Below, in pieces: positions 1-13,850 of a stretch of 64,000 nt of DNA. A program made the translations under genes and the position numbers. Within the stretch, counting starts at the first letter, position 1; each line of letters starts with the position of its first letter. A model generated the notes under the pieces. It was given only the letters and a program-made list of their open reading frames with translations. It made no database searches and was not told where the DNA came from. The stretch is from the human T2T-CHM13v2.0 reference genome, Homo sapiens, in assembly GCF_009914755.1 (NCBI RefSeq), contig NC_060927.1; one strand, 5' to 3'.

Positions 1-1675
1 TTAATGTATCTACAATGTCTGACGAAAGTAATAAAACAGGCGGTCATCGAGACTAGGAAAGAAAAGGACTGTTTTCACAGCGGTGGGTCCATGTTATTCA
101 TGGGTTCTCAGCAGCCCATTTGTGAGTTTTGGGGGGAAATAAAATACTTTTTCAATTTACTGAATATATTATTTTGCTTATATTTCATTGAAATAGAAGA
201 TATACATTATTATAGCCCTTAACCCAACTTACTGGAGTAGCATATTGATCTCTAAGGGAGGTGATAATACTCCACAGCACAAATGAACAGTATTTTAATT
301 CCTAGGGAAACTTAAAAAAATAGTTTATTTTTAGCAATCAATGAGTTGAGTTATTTGAAGATTCACCTGCAACTTAGGATGGATAAATGACTATTTGTGA
401 TCCTTAGAACCATGATTTAGGGAATTCCTCAAAGGTGATTCAAGCAGATTCATGGTTTTGAATTGTGAGGAACCCGTCATTCTAAAGGAACTAATGCAAC
501 ACGAAGATTCAGCTCAAGTAATAATTTAGCGTGTTATATCCAGCAAAGGGAATCAGCTCTGAGAGTTTAAATGACTTATCCAAGGTCCCACAAGCGGTAG
601 ATCCAGAGTCAAAGTGAAGATGAAGTTTGTCCAATTATTCGATGACAGTAGGACTTGTCAGGAGAGTCAATCCTGATCATCGAGCCCCCGAAATGATGAA
701 ATGACCTGAATGATTGTGCGACGTCCCTATTTGCTTTCACTGCCCCGACACTCGTTCTGCCCCAGTGGGTAACCTCACCTTTTGGGGGTGGCTTTGTGGG
801 TGGAGGCTGTGGAGCAGGACTGCAGTCAGACAAGGAACATGAAGGAAACTGCGTTTGTGTGACCTCTTGGAAGCCTCCTCCTGGTAGCTGGGCTTCCTGG
901 GATTGTCACAGAGAGACTGCCATCTCAGAAGTAGTGACAAAATTAGGCATTCCCAGGCTCACGGTTTCTAATCAATCAGCCTGTCACGTATCTGAGGAGA
1001 TATTTCAGAGTGAAGATAGCGTATGGGAAAGCAATTTCCTTGGACTTCTGCCTCTGAGTTCTATGTCTGGAGTAGAAATGAGGTGCTTAGTGTTAAACAA
1101 AGCCAAGTAGGGAGACAGTGATGTGACTCTTATGCATGCCTGGACCAAAATGGCAAATGTGTGCCTGGGGAAGCCACAGGAGGCTCCCAGAAGCAGCCTT
1201 CCAGGTTCTGCAGACACTTAAGAAAACAGCCACAATTAGGTCCAAGGGAAGGGTGATATTCTCTCCAAAGACAGTTTAAATAAGAAAGAGCTGTTAAAGC
1301 TTTCCTGTAGGCTGAGGATAGACCTTTTAAAATGATATTTAGTCTCAGGAAAAAAGAAGACATATTGTTATAATGTGTTGTCAGTTCTCTAAGGAAATGG
1401 CATAAAAAGGAGATTTTATTGTGGCTTAATCCTTTGTTCTGGAGAATCTGCGCTTTTATATACAGTATATATTTTAATGAAAACCATGACAAGATTACTA
1501 TTCATAAATCAGCAGTGAAATACTAAGGACATAGATGCTCACAGCTGCATGCATGTGTGCAGGAGGTGAGGGGGGTGGTGCATGTATTTTTTCAAATGGG
1601 TTCATTACCACAATTGGAAGAAAATCAATGCAACTATGGCAAAACCTCATTGCTTTGTTGCCAAAGGATTTCTGA

Positions 1676-1843
<168 letters not shown>

Positions 1844-2743
1844 TGATTTCATTCTTTGTGTGAAGGAGATAGGAGAAGGGCTTTCAGCACTCTGAAGTAT
1901 CCTTAAATTGATTGATGTATTCTCAAACTCTCTGAAAAATAGTGGCTTCAAGTTGCCCGCCTCATAATTTTTGCCACTTCAAATTTGTACATTCTATTTC
2001 TGGTTGGAAAATAAATACTTCACAAAACTATTATAGTTGGACACAAATATATCAACAACTCCATCATTTCATACAATAGCTGGAGGATATCTTTGAGATG
2101 AAGGTCAAGCAAACATTCTCAAGTAAAGCCATAGGTTATATGTGGTGGGTAATGTCCAGTGATTGGAAACACATCAGAGGAGCTACTATTTTGTCTTTGT
2201 TTGGAAATCTGTTTTGCAGATTGAAAAATGACAGCATCGTGATACATAAATTACTAGAGACTTACAAGGAATTAAGAAAGTAAGTAGTAAGATAAATGAT
2301 CAATTGGAACCCAATTTTTCTTGCATGAAGTACTCACAAATGAGTACTTGTGCTGATAGGTGTACTGGGAGTTGTGTATTCACAATGAGAAAGCATAAGT
2401 GTCTTTGGATGGGCCTTAGCTATACATCCTTGTAAGTAATATATTACAACTGAAGAAATCCCTGAGGTACATCTGGCAGGGCCCCAGCTTCAAGTTGAAC
2501 CTGAAGTAGAGAGTGAGCTTACAACTCTTGCGCATGAGTGCACACACACACTCGCACTCCAAAAATATATGCCAAAAAAAGCTTCCCAGAAAAAAATAAT
2601 TTAAAAAAATCCCTGAAAGCTACTGGAAAGTCATACATATGTTAAATTTGGTCATTTAGCATCATAAATTGAAGTTGGAATATCATGAAATAGGCAGATC
2701 TGATCCTCCCACATTCCCCAGCATTTACAGGAAGTCTGAGACA

Positions 2744-2947
2744 GCAGAGGTTGGATGGCGATGATGGTGATGATGGTGATGAGTATGATGAATGTGATGA
2801 TGAAGGTGACAGCTAACCTTTATTGATTTTTGCTATAAACTAAATGCCACTCTAAATACTTTAATTCATAAAATTCTCACAACAGTTTATTTTACATCTG
2901 AGAACACTGAGACACAATGCTTAGATTGTCTGAGTAACACAGTAACT
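2744..2947 (-). repeat. Left arm of long inverted repeat: (GAT)n-like tract plus MIR-derived sequence
   Basis: Reverse complement aligns with 3795-4004; MIR hallmarks ctttattg..., ttctcacaacag, tgagaacactgagacaca. Confidence 0.85.
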
Positions 2948-3144
2948 AAATGCAAGATTCTGTTTTCTACGTTGTAGTGAAATACCATCGATCTCAGTGG
3001 AACAAGTTGCAAAGTAATTTGTAGAACCATTAAGTCAATTAGGGAATTTAAAATTCTGAACTATGGTGGTAGAAAAAAAGCCACATTTCAAATAGACATG
3101 ACTTCAGAGAGGCAAAGCTAAAATTTAAGCCATTTACTTGCCAG

Positions 3145-3715
3145 TTTTTATTTTTATTTTAATATTTTTAAGTTTTATTTTAAGTTCAGGGAAAATGTGC
3201 AGGTTTGTTACATAGGTAAACTTGTGTCATGAGAGTTTGTTGTACAGATTATTTCATCACCCAAATATTAGGCCTAGTACCCATTAGTAATTTTTCCTGA
3301 TCCTCTTCTTCCTCCCACCGTCCATTATCTGATAGGCCTCAGTGTGTGTTCTTCCCCTCCATGTGTCCATGGGTCCATATCATTTAGCTCCCACTTAGGA
3401 GTGAGAACATGTGGTATTTGGTTTTCTGTTCCTGTGTTAGTTTGCTAATGATAAGAGCCTCCAGCTCCATCCATGTCCCTACAAAGGATATAATCGCGTT
3501 CTTTTATGGCTGCATAGTATTCCATGGTGTATATGCACCCCATTTTCTTTATCTAGTCTATCACTGATGGGCATTTATGTGGATTCCATGTCTTTGCTGT
3601 TGTGAATTGAGTTGCAGTGAACATGAGTGAATGTGTCTTTATAATAGAATAATTTATATTCCTTTGGGTGTATACCCAGTAATGGGATTGCTGGTCAAAT
3701 GTTATTTCTGTCTTT
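3145..3715 (-). mobile_element. L1 3' end, 5'-truncated (older L1PA type)
   Basis: T-rich tail then gtgcaggtttgttacataggtaaac...tcccacttaggagtgagaacatgtggtatttggttttctgttcctg...tacccagtaatgggattgctgg, the antisense of the L1 ORF2 end/3'UTR. Confidence 0.92.
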
Positions 3716-3794
3716 AAAGTTAGAATTTCTTAACTTTACTATGAACCACTCAAAATACTTGAATTTGCACATGTGCATGCACACACACACACAT

Positions 3795-4004
3795 AGTTAG
3801 TGTTACTTAATCTAAGCATTGTGTCTTGGTGTTCTCAGATGTAAAATAAACTGTTGTGAGAATTTAATGAATTAATTATTTAGAGTGGCACTTGGTTCAT
3901 AGCGAAACTCAATAAAGGTTAGCTATCACCTTCATCATCACATTCATCATATTCACCACCATCATCATCACCATCATCGTTATCAAGTTACCAACCTCAT
4001 CTGC
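3795..4004 (+). repeat. Right arm of long inverted repeat: MIR-derived sequence plus (CAT)n-like tract
   Basis: Reverse complement of 2744-2947; about 11 differences over a ~143-nt core by hand alignment. Confidence 0.85.
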
Positions 4005-5034
4005 CAATTTTTAACCCCACTGCCATAGATGCCACTCTAAATACTTTGTAATTTTTAAATTCAGTGCTTTTAACAAATGGAAAAAACAGCCGTGATTTTC
4101 TTCTAAAAGATTTTTAAACAAAAATTATATAAGTAGTTATAAAAACAGGAGATTGTTCATAAATCTTGATCTAGGTAAAAACTTAAAAAGACCCAGAGAA
4201 ATTTCACTTTTCACCTTTGTTGGTCTTATTTTTTTAACAACTCCTGACTTTGTTCATTGTTCGCCGAATCCATCTCGGCTTCTTTGATTTCACACCACAC
4301 TGGTTTTGTGCGATTGCCATTTCACATGAACATCTGGATTTTTTTTCTCCTGTGCTTGTGCACATTTGGAGAAAGATAGTAATTTTCATCCAAATTTATT
4401 CTACTTTACTCAGCCATCAGAGGAATGTTAACTGTACATGTTCATAATGTTTTTTTTTAATTCTAAAAAAGATCTATGTCTGCCAGGAAGAGAAATATCC
4501 TTTAGTTTGTCAACTGGATCCTTCTAGAGGAGTCAATAGTATTTTTGTTTTTGATATGATCTTCCATCACCATTCACAGACTTCTAGAATCACAGCTTCA
4601 TATGCTGGTTAATTCTACCATATAGATACATATATAGTAAGATGGAGGCATTTCTCTCGAGTTCCTTTAACACTCTCTGTTTCTTTGATATTCTTCTTAG
4701 TCATTGCTGCACTTCTGACAAGTCTGAATAGAGAGTTGTCTTTTTGTTAATTGTTGAATAGATGAAGAGTATAGTTAAGATATTATATTTCAACATTTTT
4801 AAAAGCTATAATGCGGCCTGTTCCTTTAGGTGTATCACTATAGAAAAATCTCTTTATTCTTGTTCCTTTAGAAATACCTTGAACAATTAGAAAATTTCCT
4901 GGATTGATGATTGCCCATTTTGCTACTTAAACACTAAATTTGGTCACATGATCTGATGGAATTGGAATATGGTATCATTAAATATCTGTTGCAACTCAGA
5001 AACCAATTTCTTCTAATGTGCTCCTCCAAGGGCT

Positions 5035-5200
5035 TCATTTACATTGCCTGATTCATCCTTACATCCCTATGACATAAAAGAAGGGCAGGTATCACATTAT
5101 CCCCATTTTCCAATTGAGGCATCTGCGACCAGAAAATGGAGGCACTTGCCTATAGTTACACACTATGTCAGAGGCAGGAGTAGGCAAAGATACTACTTTT
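5035..5200 (-). mobile_element. MIR fragment
   Basis: attatccccattttccaattgaggcatctg...acttgcctatagttacacact resembles the antisense MIR core. Confidence 0.65.
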
Positions 5201-6524
5201 GTTCACTGCCAATCCACCCTTCTTTTCATTAGTCACTAGCCTCCTTATTTCGTAAGGTGTAGGCCATTAGAAGATTGATCTTGTGGGGAAAATAACATCT
5301 GTTTTAAAACTCAATGCCTTTTACAAGTTTATATGCCTTGATATAATTTTAATAGGTGCATCATTGCCTGCTTTTCTTTATGAGAGATGATATAAATGTG
5401 AAAAAATACACTTGCAGAAATGAAATGAAAATAATAAATAAAGCCCTCTTCCATTTCCATTATTCTAAGTCATGCTCCTTGAGACTTCAATCTCAATATG
5501 ATGTTAATAGAACCATTAGATATGATTCATATCATACATAAGACATTCCTATTGACAATTTCATCTTGACCAAGGGTCAATGGATCCATTACAATGCAAA
5601 TCTTACTGTATACTTTCCATCTAAATCAAAAGAATTTGGTCTTGTGTCCATTCTAATATGTTTCATGAAGTAGAATCCAATCTCAGACATGAAGTACACA
5701 TCTGTTTCTCATACTAAATCATGCCTGTTCCTATTTGCTCTCAATTTAAAAGATAATTAATTACGTTTTACATCAATAGACTACTTTGGAGTATTTAAAG
5801 AAATGCATAGGGTTTATGGGAATCCAAGTTTGCCTGTTTAATACATACCAACCTGCAAGAAAAATTCCTTCATGGATGTGCATCTCTTAATTTTGGGGGG
5901 TGCATGTAAAGCTATTCTACGTATTTGGTAAGATATGCAGAATCAGGACATGTTCCAAAAGATTACCTAACCCAGTCTTGTAAAGTACAAGAACACACTG
6001 AGGTTTCAATCAGTTTTTCAGATAAGCTGAAGAATGTCTCACTAGGCACAGGATTTTTTTTAAAAAACTTTCGCTTTTCCCCATGCTATTTATTTCTACT
6101 TTTTTTTTTTTTAATCTTCATCTCTTATTCCTGCACTCTTGGGCATCTTTCAGAATCCTTCTCTATTCAGTGCTCTAAGTAGCTTATAAATTGCAATCTA
6201 ACCTTGATATGGACAATCATTGAGCCCATTTCTGGCCACCTTTAAGTTTCAGGGCTCTCCTGATCACCTGTTATCTCTTCCCTTTCCTTGTCCGTATTAT
6301 TTTCCTTCTAGAACTGTACTACTGCTTCTCTCTATTTGTGCACCACAACAGAAAGACCTGCTGCTGATGAGGGCTTCCTGTTACAGATGAGGTTAAAGTA
6401 GCTGAGGAATAGCTGAACAAGACCTTACGTAAAGGCCTTTTCTCCCCTAGGGTTCCATGACATTGCATCCATACTCTGGTCTCACCATGCTCCTCCATCT
6501 TCCTTTCTTCTTTCTTGGAACGTT

Positions 6525-6755
6525 GGGTAGTGATGAACTTTGGACCAGGAAGACTTCTGTATAAATCCCTGATCTACTAATTCTTGCGGTGTGATCTTGG
6601 GCAAATCCTTTAATCTTGTCTAATCCTTAGTTTTGTCATCCATAAAATAATGATAATAATTATCCACATTGGAAGATTGTTGTGAGAAGGAAATTAAGTG
6701 ATTTATGTAAGGGTCACAATGCCTGACTCAAAGTAGGTATTTAAGCATGTTGTTG
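6525..6755 (+). mobile_element. MIR
   Basis: gtgtgatcttgggcaaatcctttaatc...agttttgtcatccataaaataatgataataat...gttgtgagaag resembles the MIR core. Confidence 0.75.
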
Positions 6756-9700
6756 CCTTGCTCCCTCTTTACTCTCTCTTTTTTTCCCATTTCTCTCCAA
6801 AATATTCGATTTTGTGAAACAAAAAATGTTGATTTTTTCAAGCTTTCCATTATCCAATTACATAGCTACCAACTGATGAGCTGTTCCAATATTTATTTCT
6901 TTTCAAAGCGCTTTACTTCTTGTGGGTTATCGACAGCTAGACATATTTTTTCCTCTTTCAGTTATGAAAGATATTCTCAGACTCACAAAGCTTTAAATTT
7001 TATTCAAGACATTGAAACATAAAAGTTCAGGGATTATTCAATGATGTTAACTATTGAATGTACACAAAAATGATCTTACTTGCAATCTAGTTTGTATGCT
7101 GTTTCAAACATGCCCAGGACTCCCAAGTTCAAAGGTTCTCTCTACACGTAAGCGGTAGTCAAAAATATTAGTTGTTTTATTGCGGACAGCCTTAATTTAT
7201 ATAAATGGAAAACATCTAAAACTGCAAAGTACAATAGTCCAGAAAGTTTTCATTAGCAATCCAGTTCTTGGACATCACAGGGAAACTCGGCAGAAAGAAA
7301 TGATAAGTTAATTGTTGAAATGTTTCATATTCCCAGGTTCAGTTTCTTACAGGTATTCGCACCTGCCTCACCTGCACCTCTGTTACTCTCTGTGACATGT
7401 TCCACCACCCTGGACAAGACAAATGTATATTTGAAAGAATAAGGGTGCTTGTTAGTGGGTAGGTGTGATTATGGGAGGCAATTCTAGTGAGGAAAAGATG
7501 GGTTGGCGTATGGGGCAGCAGTGAAGAAAAATAAATAAAACAGTTTATTTGTAGTGGGACTGATCCCTCTTGCTCATGCATTAGTGCTTGGCTACAGGAG
7601 AGTAGTAATTTATTGATGCAGATGGCTATGTAAAGTGCATGCAATTTGTGAGGGGGCTTGACCCTTGACTGATGGGCCATATGTTGTAAAGCCCTAGGGG
7701 CGTCATTTGCCTCCGCTCTCTTCCTCTCTCTGTCTCTGCACCTATGGTCCTTATTCAATCACCACATATTGAACTATAGACTTACCAACTCCCCCAATAA
7801 ATCTCCAACTAATGGCTCACAAAGGCCATAACTTAACCCTTTCTACACAACAGAGCACATTATTTTGCATCATGATCACACTCAGTGAAATAAAAGATAA
7901 ATATTATATGACCTGCCTAGAATAGAAAGCAAATTGTTGTAAAATGCTGTTCCCTGCTGGGTATTCACTGCATTTGGATGTAGTAGGGTTGCTTTGAGCT
8001 TGCTGAATTCTATCGTTATATTCTGCCATGTTATAATTACAGCTTACTGTTATAACATAATTCTTAAACACTGTTAATACACCACACTAGAGAAACATTT
8101 AATGTTTTTTAATTAGCTTCTTTTGTCTGAGTCTTCTTTTTTCCCTAGTAAAATATGGAACATATGCTCAATGAAAAAATGCATATATTTTTATTCTCAT
8201 GTAGAAGCAAGTTTTTATAAAATATATTAGGGCATTTGTATGGAATAACAGAAAAAAAGTACAGTGTACGTTTTAAATACTCACTGTGCTCTGAATTTTC
8301 TATAGGACCCATTCCAGCAGAAAGACTTAATGAAATTATTCATTCTCCACTGAAGCACTGGGATTTCCTTATAATGTGGGCTGTCTGAGTCCTAAATGCC
8401 ACCTGAAAAAGAGTTTAGGACACCAAGACTAGAAAAAAGTCATTGCTGCTTATCTATTAACTTCATTTTTTCCCATCCAATAGTAAAACTGAATAAATGA
8501 TACTAATCAGTAATGTGCACATCAGTACAATTTCTCTAATATTAGGAATACCAGTCAGTTGCCTTATGCTTATTCCCATCACTTGGATAAGGGAGCAGAA
8601 GGTGTCTTCCTTGGAATCTTGAGACAACATCACTGCAAGCAAGAAGCAGACATCTATTGCTAAACTAAAGTTGAATTTTTGTATCTACTCCTTTTCCCCC
8701 TTTCTGGGCATGGCTCTTGGTAGATTTAGCAGCAATTTAGAGAGCCTGGGGGAGTGTAGGAAGACCACAGGTTTCACCAGTGCATAGCCCATCTGTAGAA
8801 ATAGTTGTCAGAGCTGAGTATCTCTAGTTATATTCTATGTTTGTAATAATTAGCTTCCCAGAAAACAATTTGTCTTTTAGATAGCTTGCTAGTACAGTGT
8901 TCACAGCTTGTGTGTGATATGTTTTATATAATATCTCTGAGCATCTTAATTCAGTAGGAATATAATGTTTGATTTCTACCAGATCAGGTTTCATATCCTG
9001 TGTTGGTATAAAAAATAGGTTTCATAATTTTTTTTTCCTAATGCATAATTTCCTTACACTATAGTGAAAATCCAGCTTTCTGAACCAATTAAAAGAAAGA
9101 TGAAATTTCATGTACACATATGCTGTGTCAAAATGTTCATTTATGAGTCACTAGTCTTATCAACATGGATAACTGATGTAGAAAAAATATTCAAATATAC
9201 AGAAAAGAAGAAGTCATTGTCTTCTGTCCTAAACCCAGTAGACCTAACACATACAATGCAGGCAGAAAGGAAATCAGCATAAATAAACCATGCATTCCCA
9301 ATTGAATCTCAATAATTTAAACATAAATCCTTTAGGCTTTGGTACCTTTTTTCCACATGGGCTTTTCTTTTGGATTTGGCGTTCCTAGCATCATTTAGAA
9401 TTCATCTGCGAGCCACAAGTAAATAGAGTTTCCATAAACCTTGAATAAACAATCCCCTTTGAGGTTATATTCCATAATTTAAGGAATTCCAATGAAAACA
9501 TGGTTGGTAAGGAGTTTTCCAAGATGTGTGTGTATCAATATATTTGCCTATAAAAAGGAACCAACATGTTAAAGCATAAATTACCAACTTTCCCGCATAT
9601 ACCATATGCACAAGGGAGGGACATCTATAATATATGTATTTCTGAGATTGACAACAAGAAAGGATGAATTGCTAATATTCTGCTTACCATGTATTCAAAA

Positions 9701-10579
9701 AGTCTCCATAGTTTTCAGAAAATGTGGTGAGAAAAACTTTTCTCTCTTCTGATGTATTTTCTCTCTAATTATAATTTGGCATCTAGAATGTGTTGTTTCT
9801 TTTAAAAATAAACTAAACTGCATAGCAAACTATATTGATTTTAAAAGCCCTCTAATTAAAATAGCAACTTAACAGCAAATGACCATGAAGTATTTAAAAT
9901 AAAAAATGATGATGTAAATTGAATGTGTCAACTAAAGTTGGTACAAATGAAGATTAAGAGAATAGTTACCTTCATTTACTCTATGTTTCATATTATGCCT
10001 TATCCCAGTTCTTCAGTTAGTTAATATAGCTATAATGAGTTCATACTCCTTAGAAGCAGCCAACAGAGAAGCTTTTCTTTAAGAACATTCTAAATGGTTC
10101 AAATCAATACCATTTCCTAAATAAAAACTTTCTTGGCTCAGATTTAAAACACCTATGGCTGTTGGCTTATTCTTTATGCTAGCCCAACAAAATGCCAAGT
10201 AATCTTGTAAGTAAGACTCTGCCACATTCTGATATCAACATTGTCAGTGAGAAAACTCTGTGTATATACATTCAGAAACATTCAATTATAATTCGCCTCT
10301 TAAAGTCATATAACTATCTGGTATTACATTGAGTTATCACTGAACATATTAATTAAAATGCCTCAGTATTGAACTCAGTGGTTCAAACTGTTTGTGTAAC
10401 CCAAAAACCCTTAATCATTGACATTTGAAGATTGCTGTTGGTTTTTTTAACTAATAGGACAAAATTTATTTTTAGTACAAAAATTTCAAGGAGATATAAG
10501 AATAGTTACTTAGGATTGAAATGGCATGTTAAATACTAAAGGAAAATTGGAATTTGTTTTGTTTTTTAGAATGGTTTCT

Positions 10580-10876
10580 GGCCAGGTGCAGTAGCTCACA
10601 CCTGTAATCCCAGCACTTTGGGAGGCCAAGGTGGGCAGATCATGAGCTCAGGAGTTCGAGACCAGCCTGGCCAACATGGTGAAACCCCGTCTCTACTAAA
10701 AACACAAAAAGTAGCTGTGCATGGTGGCTTGCGCCTGTAGTCCCAGCTACTCGGGAGGCTGAGGCAGCAGAATCACTTGAACCTGGAAGGCGGAGCTTGC
10801 AGTGAGCCAAGTCTGTGCCATTGTGCTTCAGCCTGGGCGACAGAGCAATACTCTGTCTTTTTAAAAAAAAAAAAAA
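10580..10876 (+). mobile_element. AluS, full length
   Basis: Two-arm Alu with A tail; TSD agaatggtttct / aaaacggtttct. Confidence 0.96.
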
Positions 10877-11059
10877 CGGTTTCTATGTCATTGTTGAAAG
10901 TGATAATAATTTTTATGTATATGATTATATGAGAAATAATATTTTACCAATGCACATATAGGGTACATTTTTATATTTTTTATTCATGAGGATTTCCACA
11001 TTTTTTGTGCAAACACTATATGTTATCATTATTTTGTATCTTCTATGTAATATATACAA

Positions 11060-11160
11060 TAAATCAACAAATATTTATTGAACACCTACTCCGTGCTAGG
11101 TGTTAGAATGATAACATTGAATAATATTATCTCCTCTGCCTTGAAGAACTTTCAGTGTAA
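11060..11160 (-). mobile_element. L2 3' end fragment
   Basis: tcaacaaatatttattgaacacctactccgtgctagg...ctgccttgaagaactttcagt. Confidence 0.65.
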
Positions 11161-12130
11161 GCTACCATAATATTTACCTGAGGATTTTTCATGTTTTTCT
11201 AACAGTTTATAAAATTCCTATATTTGGAGGCTCTCCAGAAACAGACGGAAAGGGACTAGTGAAATTATAGTTGAAAGGTACAGTGTATTTTGGGGGACAA
11301 ATATTTATGTTATTGTATTTGTTTTCTATGATATTTTTAAAACATGGCACTATTCCCCTGACAGAAGTGAATTTGCCAAGCATTAGCCTAGGGTGTTTAG
11401 AAGTAACAGCTGAAGGATTAAGGAAACATCAGCATTGAGTGGGAGGAATTCAGCATAAAGTGTGATTAGAGCCTCCACAGTCTGCTATTCTTAGCTATTC
11501 ATTCCCTGCAAAATCACATCAGTAATTTTCAGTGACATTTTTAATTGTCCCTGTACAAAAGATAATAAAGTAGAAGAAAATAAAATCAAAAGTGAGAAAA
11601 TTCAAGTACTACTAAGATGTACCCTGGTGTTTGTTGGTTGTGGGTGCCCTAAATTACGTATTAACAGAGAACTGCCTTGTAGTAAAATTTGATGCCCCCA
11701 TGGGCCCTGACTTTACCTTTATCATGTAGTTTCATCATTTCAAGGATCTTTCCTTATGGTTAACCCCTTTTCATCTTCTGAACAGGTTCTTACAGCCAGA
11801 GGGTTCGCGTGCTATTTTTAGCGTGCTTCTTTGAGTGGTGGATAGTGGTTGGGAATTTCTTTGCCTGCTGCATGAATACACTTCCCTGCAGAGTGTACAA
11901 AGAAGCACTTAATTTCGAGCTTTTCATTTTGGTTAGTGACACTGCAAACATAGCACAGGTGGCTATAATTTTACACCATGTGAGTAAAAATACTATTTTT
12001 CTTTCCCCGTCAACCTTCTTGTCTGATCGTCTTAAACCCATAAGATGGGGAATTACAGAAACTGATATTTTAAATTGATGAACTAGTTTAAGATACTCTT
12101 TGAAAAGGAATCCAAACTTGCTATGTAATC

Positions 12131-12518
12131 TGTATTAGTCTGTTCTCACACTGCTATAAAGAAATACCTGAGATTGGGTAATTCATAAAGAAAAGAGGTT
12201 TAACTGTCTCACAGTTCCACAAGCTGTAGAGGCAGCATGGCTGAGGAGGCCTCAGGAAACTTACAGTCGTGGCAGAAGGTGAAGGGGAAGCAGACATGTC
12301 TTACATGGCAGGAGCAGGAGGAAGAGAAGGGCGGGGGGGAGGTGTCACACCCTTTTAACCAACCAGATTTCATGAGGACTCACTATCACAAGAACAGCAA
12401 GGGGGAAATACGCCCCCATGTTGCAATCACCTCCCACCAGGCCCCACCTCAAACACAAACACTGGGGATTACAATTTATCATGAGATTTGAGTGGGAACA
12501 CAAATCCAAACCATATCA
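12131..12518 (-). mobile_element. MSTA-like MaLR solo LTR
   Basis: tgtattagtctgttctcacactgctataaag...caaatccaaaccatatca with TG..CA termini; near-perfect 5-bp TSD taatc/taagc. Confidence 0.9.
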
Positions 12519-12881
12519 TAAGCAAAATGTAAAATTGTTAAGGATGGGGAAAGATTTATAAATGTAGGGTTCAAGTTAGTGTAAAAGCGATAGCATTGTC
12601 CACCAGTGACTGTTACTGGGCCTGTATCTTTATCATAGTGGATCATAGTTCCATTATTGTAATTATGCCATAGTTTTGTAAAAACCTTTATCTGTTATTT
12701 GAGATATAAAATGTTGCTATCTGGCAATTTTTAGGTTGTAGTCTCATCTTTTAGGTTAGAAAGTATCCTTATTTTATAAAAAATCTCTCTCTATATATAT
12801 TTAGATTAATCTTCTATTAAGGACTAGATATTCATGTTCAAACATTAGGTTTTCCTGATAATCCACTTTTTAGATAATCTC

Positions 12882-13264
12882 AGTTTTTATTTTAGATTTA
12901 GGGGCACACATTACAGGTTTGTTACAGGGGTTTACTGCATGACAATGAAGTTTGGGTATGAATGATCCCATTACTCAGGTAGTGAGCATAGTACCCAATA
13001 CGTAGTTTTTCAGACCGTTTCCCTTCCTTTTTCCCCCGTCTAGTAGCCCCCACTGTCCATTGTTCTTATTTTTGTTTCCATGTGTGCACAATATTTACTT
13101 TCCACGTATAAGAAAATGTGGCACATATACACTATGGGATATGTGCAGCTGTAGAAAAAGAACAAAATGCATATATGCAGCAACATAGATGTGCTGCAGG
13201 CCATTACCCTAAGCAAATTGAGGCAGGAACAGAAAACTAAATGCCACATGTTCTCACTTAGAAG
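12882..13264 (-). mobile_element. L1 (old L1PA/L1PB type) with 5' inversion
   Basis: 12882-13111 is the antisense L1 3' end; 13112-13264 is the adjoining upstream L1 segment in sense orientation (aaaatgtggcacatatacac...atgttctcacttagaag). Confidence 0.85.
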
Positions 13265-13544
13265 GTATCTTTGAATGGCGTTGTCAGACAAACTCAAGCA
13301 TGGATCCTTGCTGAAGTACCAGAATCTTGACTGGTTATGGTTCAAAAACAACTGAATAGTATTCACGGATCTGAGTCTTAGATACAAAAAATGAAAGTAA
13401 TCTAGCCGTTTTATTTAGCTGGTACTGAAGTGTAGATGATGTATTGCATAAAATTATAGCAAGTCATACAATTTCCCTTGGCTAGTTGGTCATTCCCTTT
13501 CTCTTTATGGTTTCTATTCTTGTACAGATTTCTAACTAGTGATA

Positions 13545-13850
13545 CAGAACAATAACTTGGATGACTTAAAAACATTATGCTAAATAAAAGAAGACAGACT
13601 CAAATGACTATATGCTTAATGGTTTGCTTCATATAAACTTTTTGAAGAGGTAAAACTGGATTGTTGGAAAGTTGATCAGTGCTTTGCAGGGGCCAGGGTT
13701 GGGGAGGGAATTAACTGCAAAGACCAGAGGGAACTTTTTGGTGTGGTGACGATGGTCTGCATCACCATCGTGTCATGAATGTCAAGACTCATCCAATCTT
13801 TTCTAAACTTTATTAATTTTTTGCCTGAAAATTATATCCAACAAAAGATG
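13545..13850 (+). mobile_element. Ancient L1M 3' fragment
   Basis: aaaacattatgctaaataaaagaagacagactcaaa...ggaactttttggtgtggtgacgatg...gtcaagactcatc. Confidence 0.7.

Noticed and set aside
796-1492. 104 aa and 120 aa ORFs
   Set aside because: No recognisable domain or splice framework; lengths expected by chance
2328-2349. 9-bp stem hairpin aagtactca-caaa-tgagtactt
   Set aside because: Short stems are expected by chance in 64 kb of AT-rich DNA
11760-12060. Possible cryptic exon or AHR-site pair (gcgtg x2)
   Set aside because: Only 5-mers and a weak acceptor; ORFs on both strands have no recognisable product
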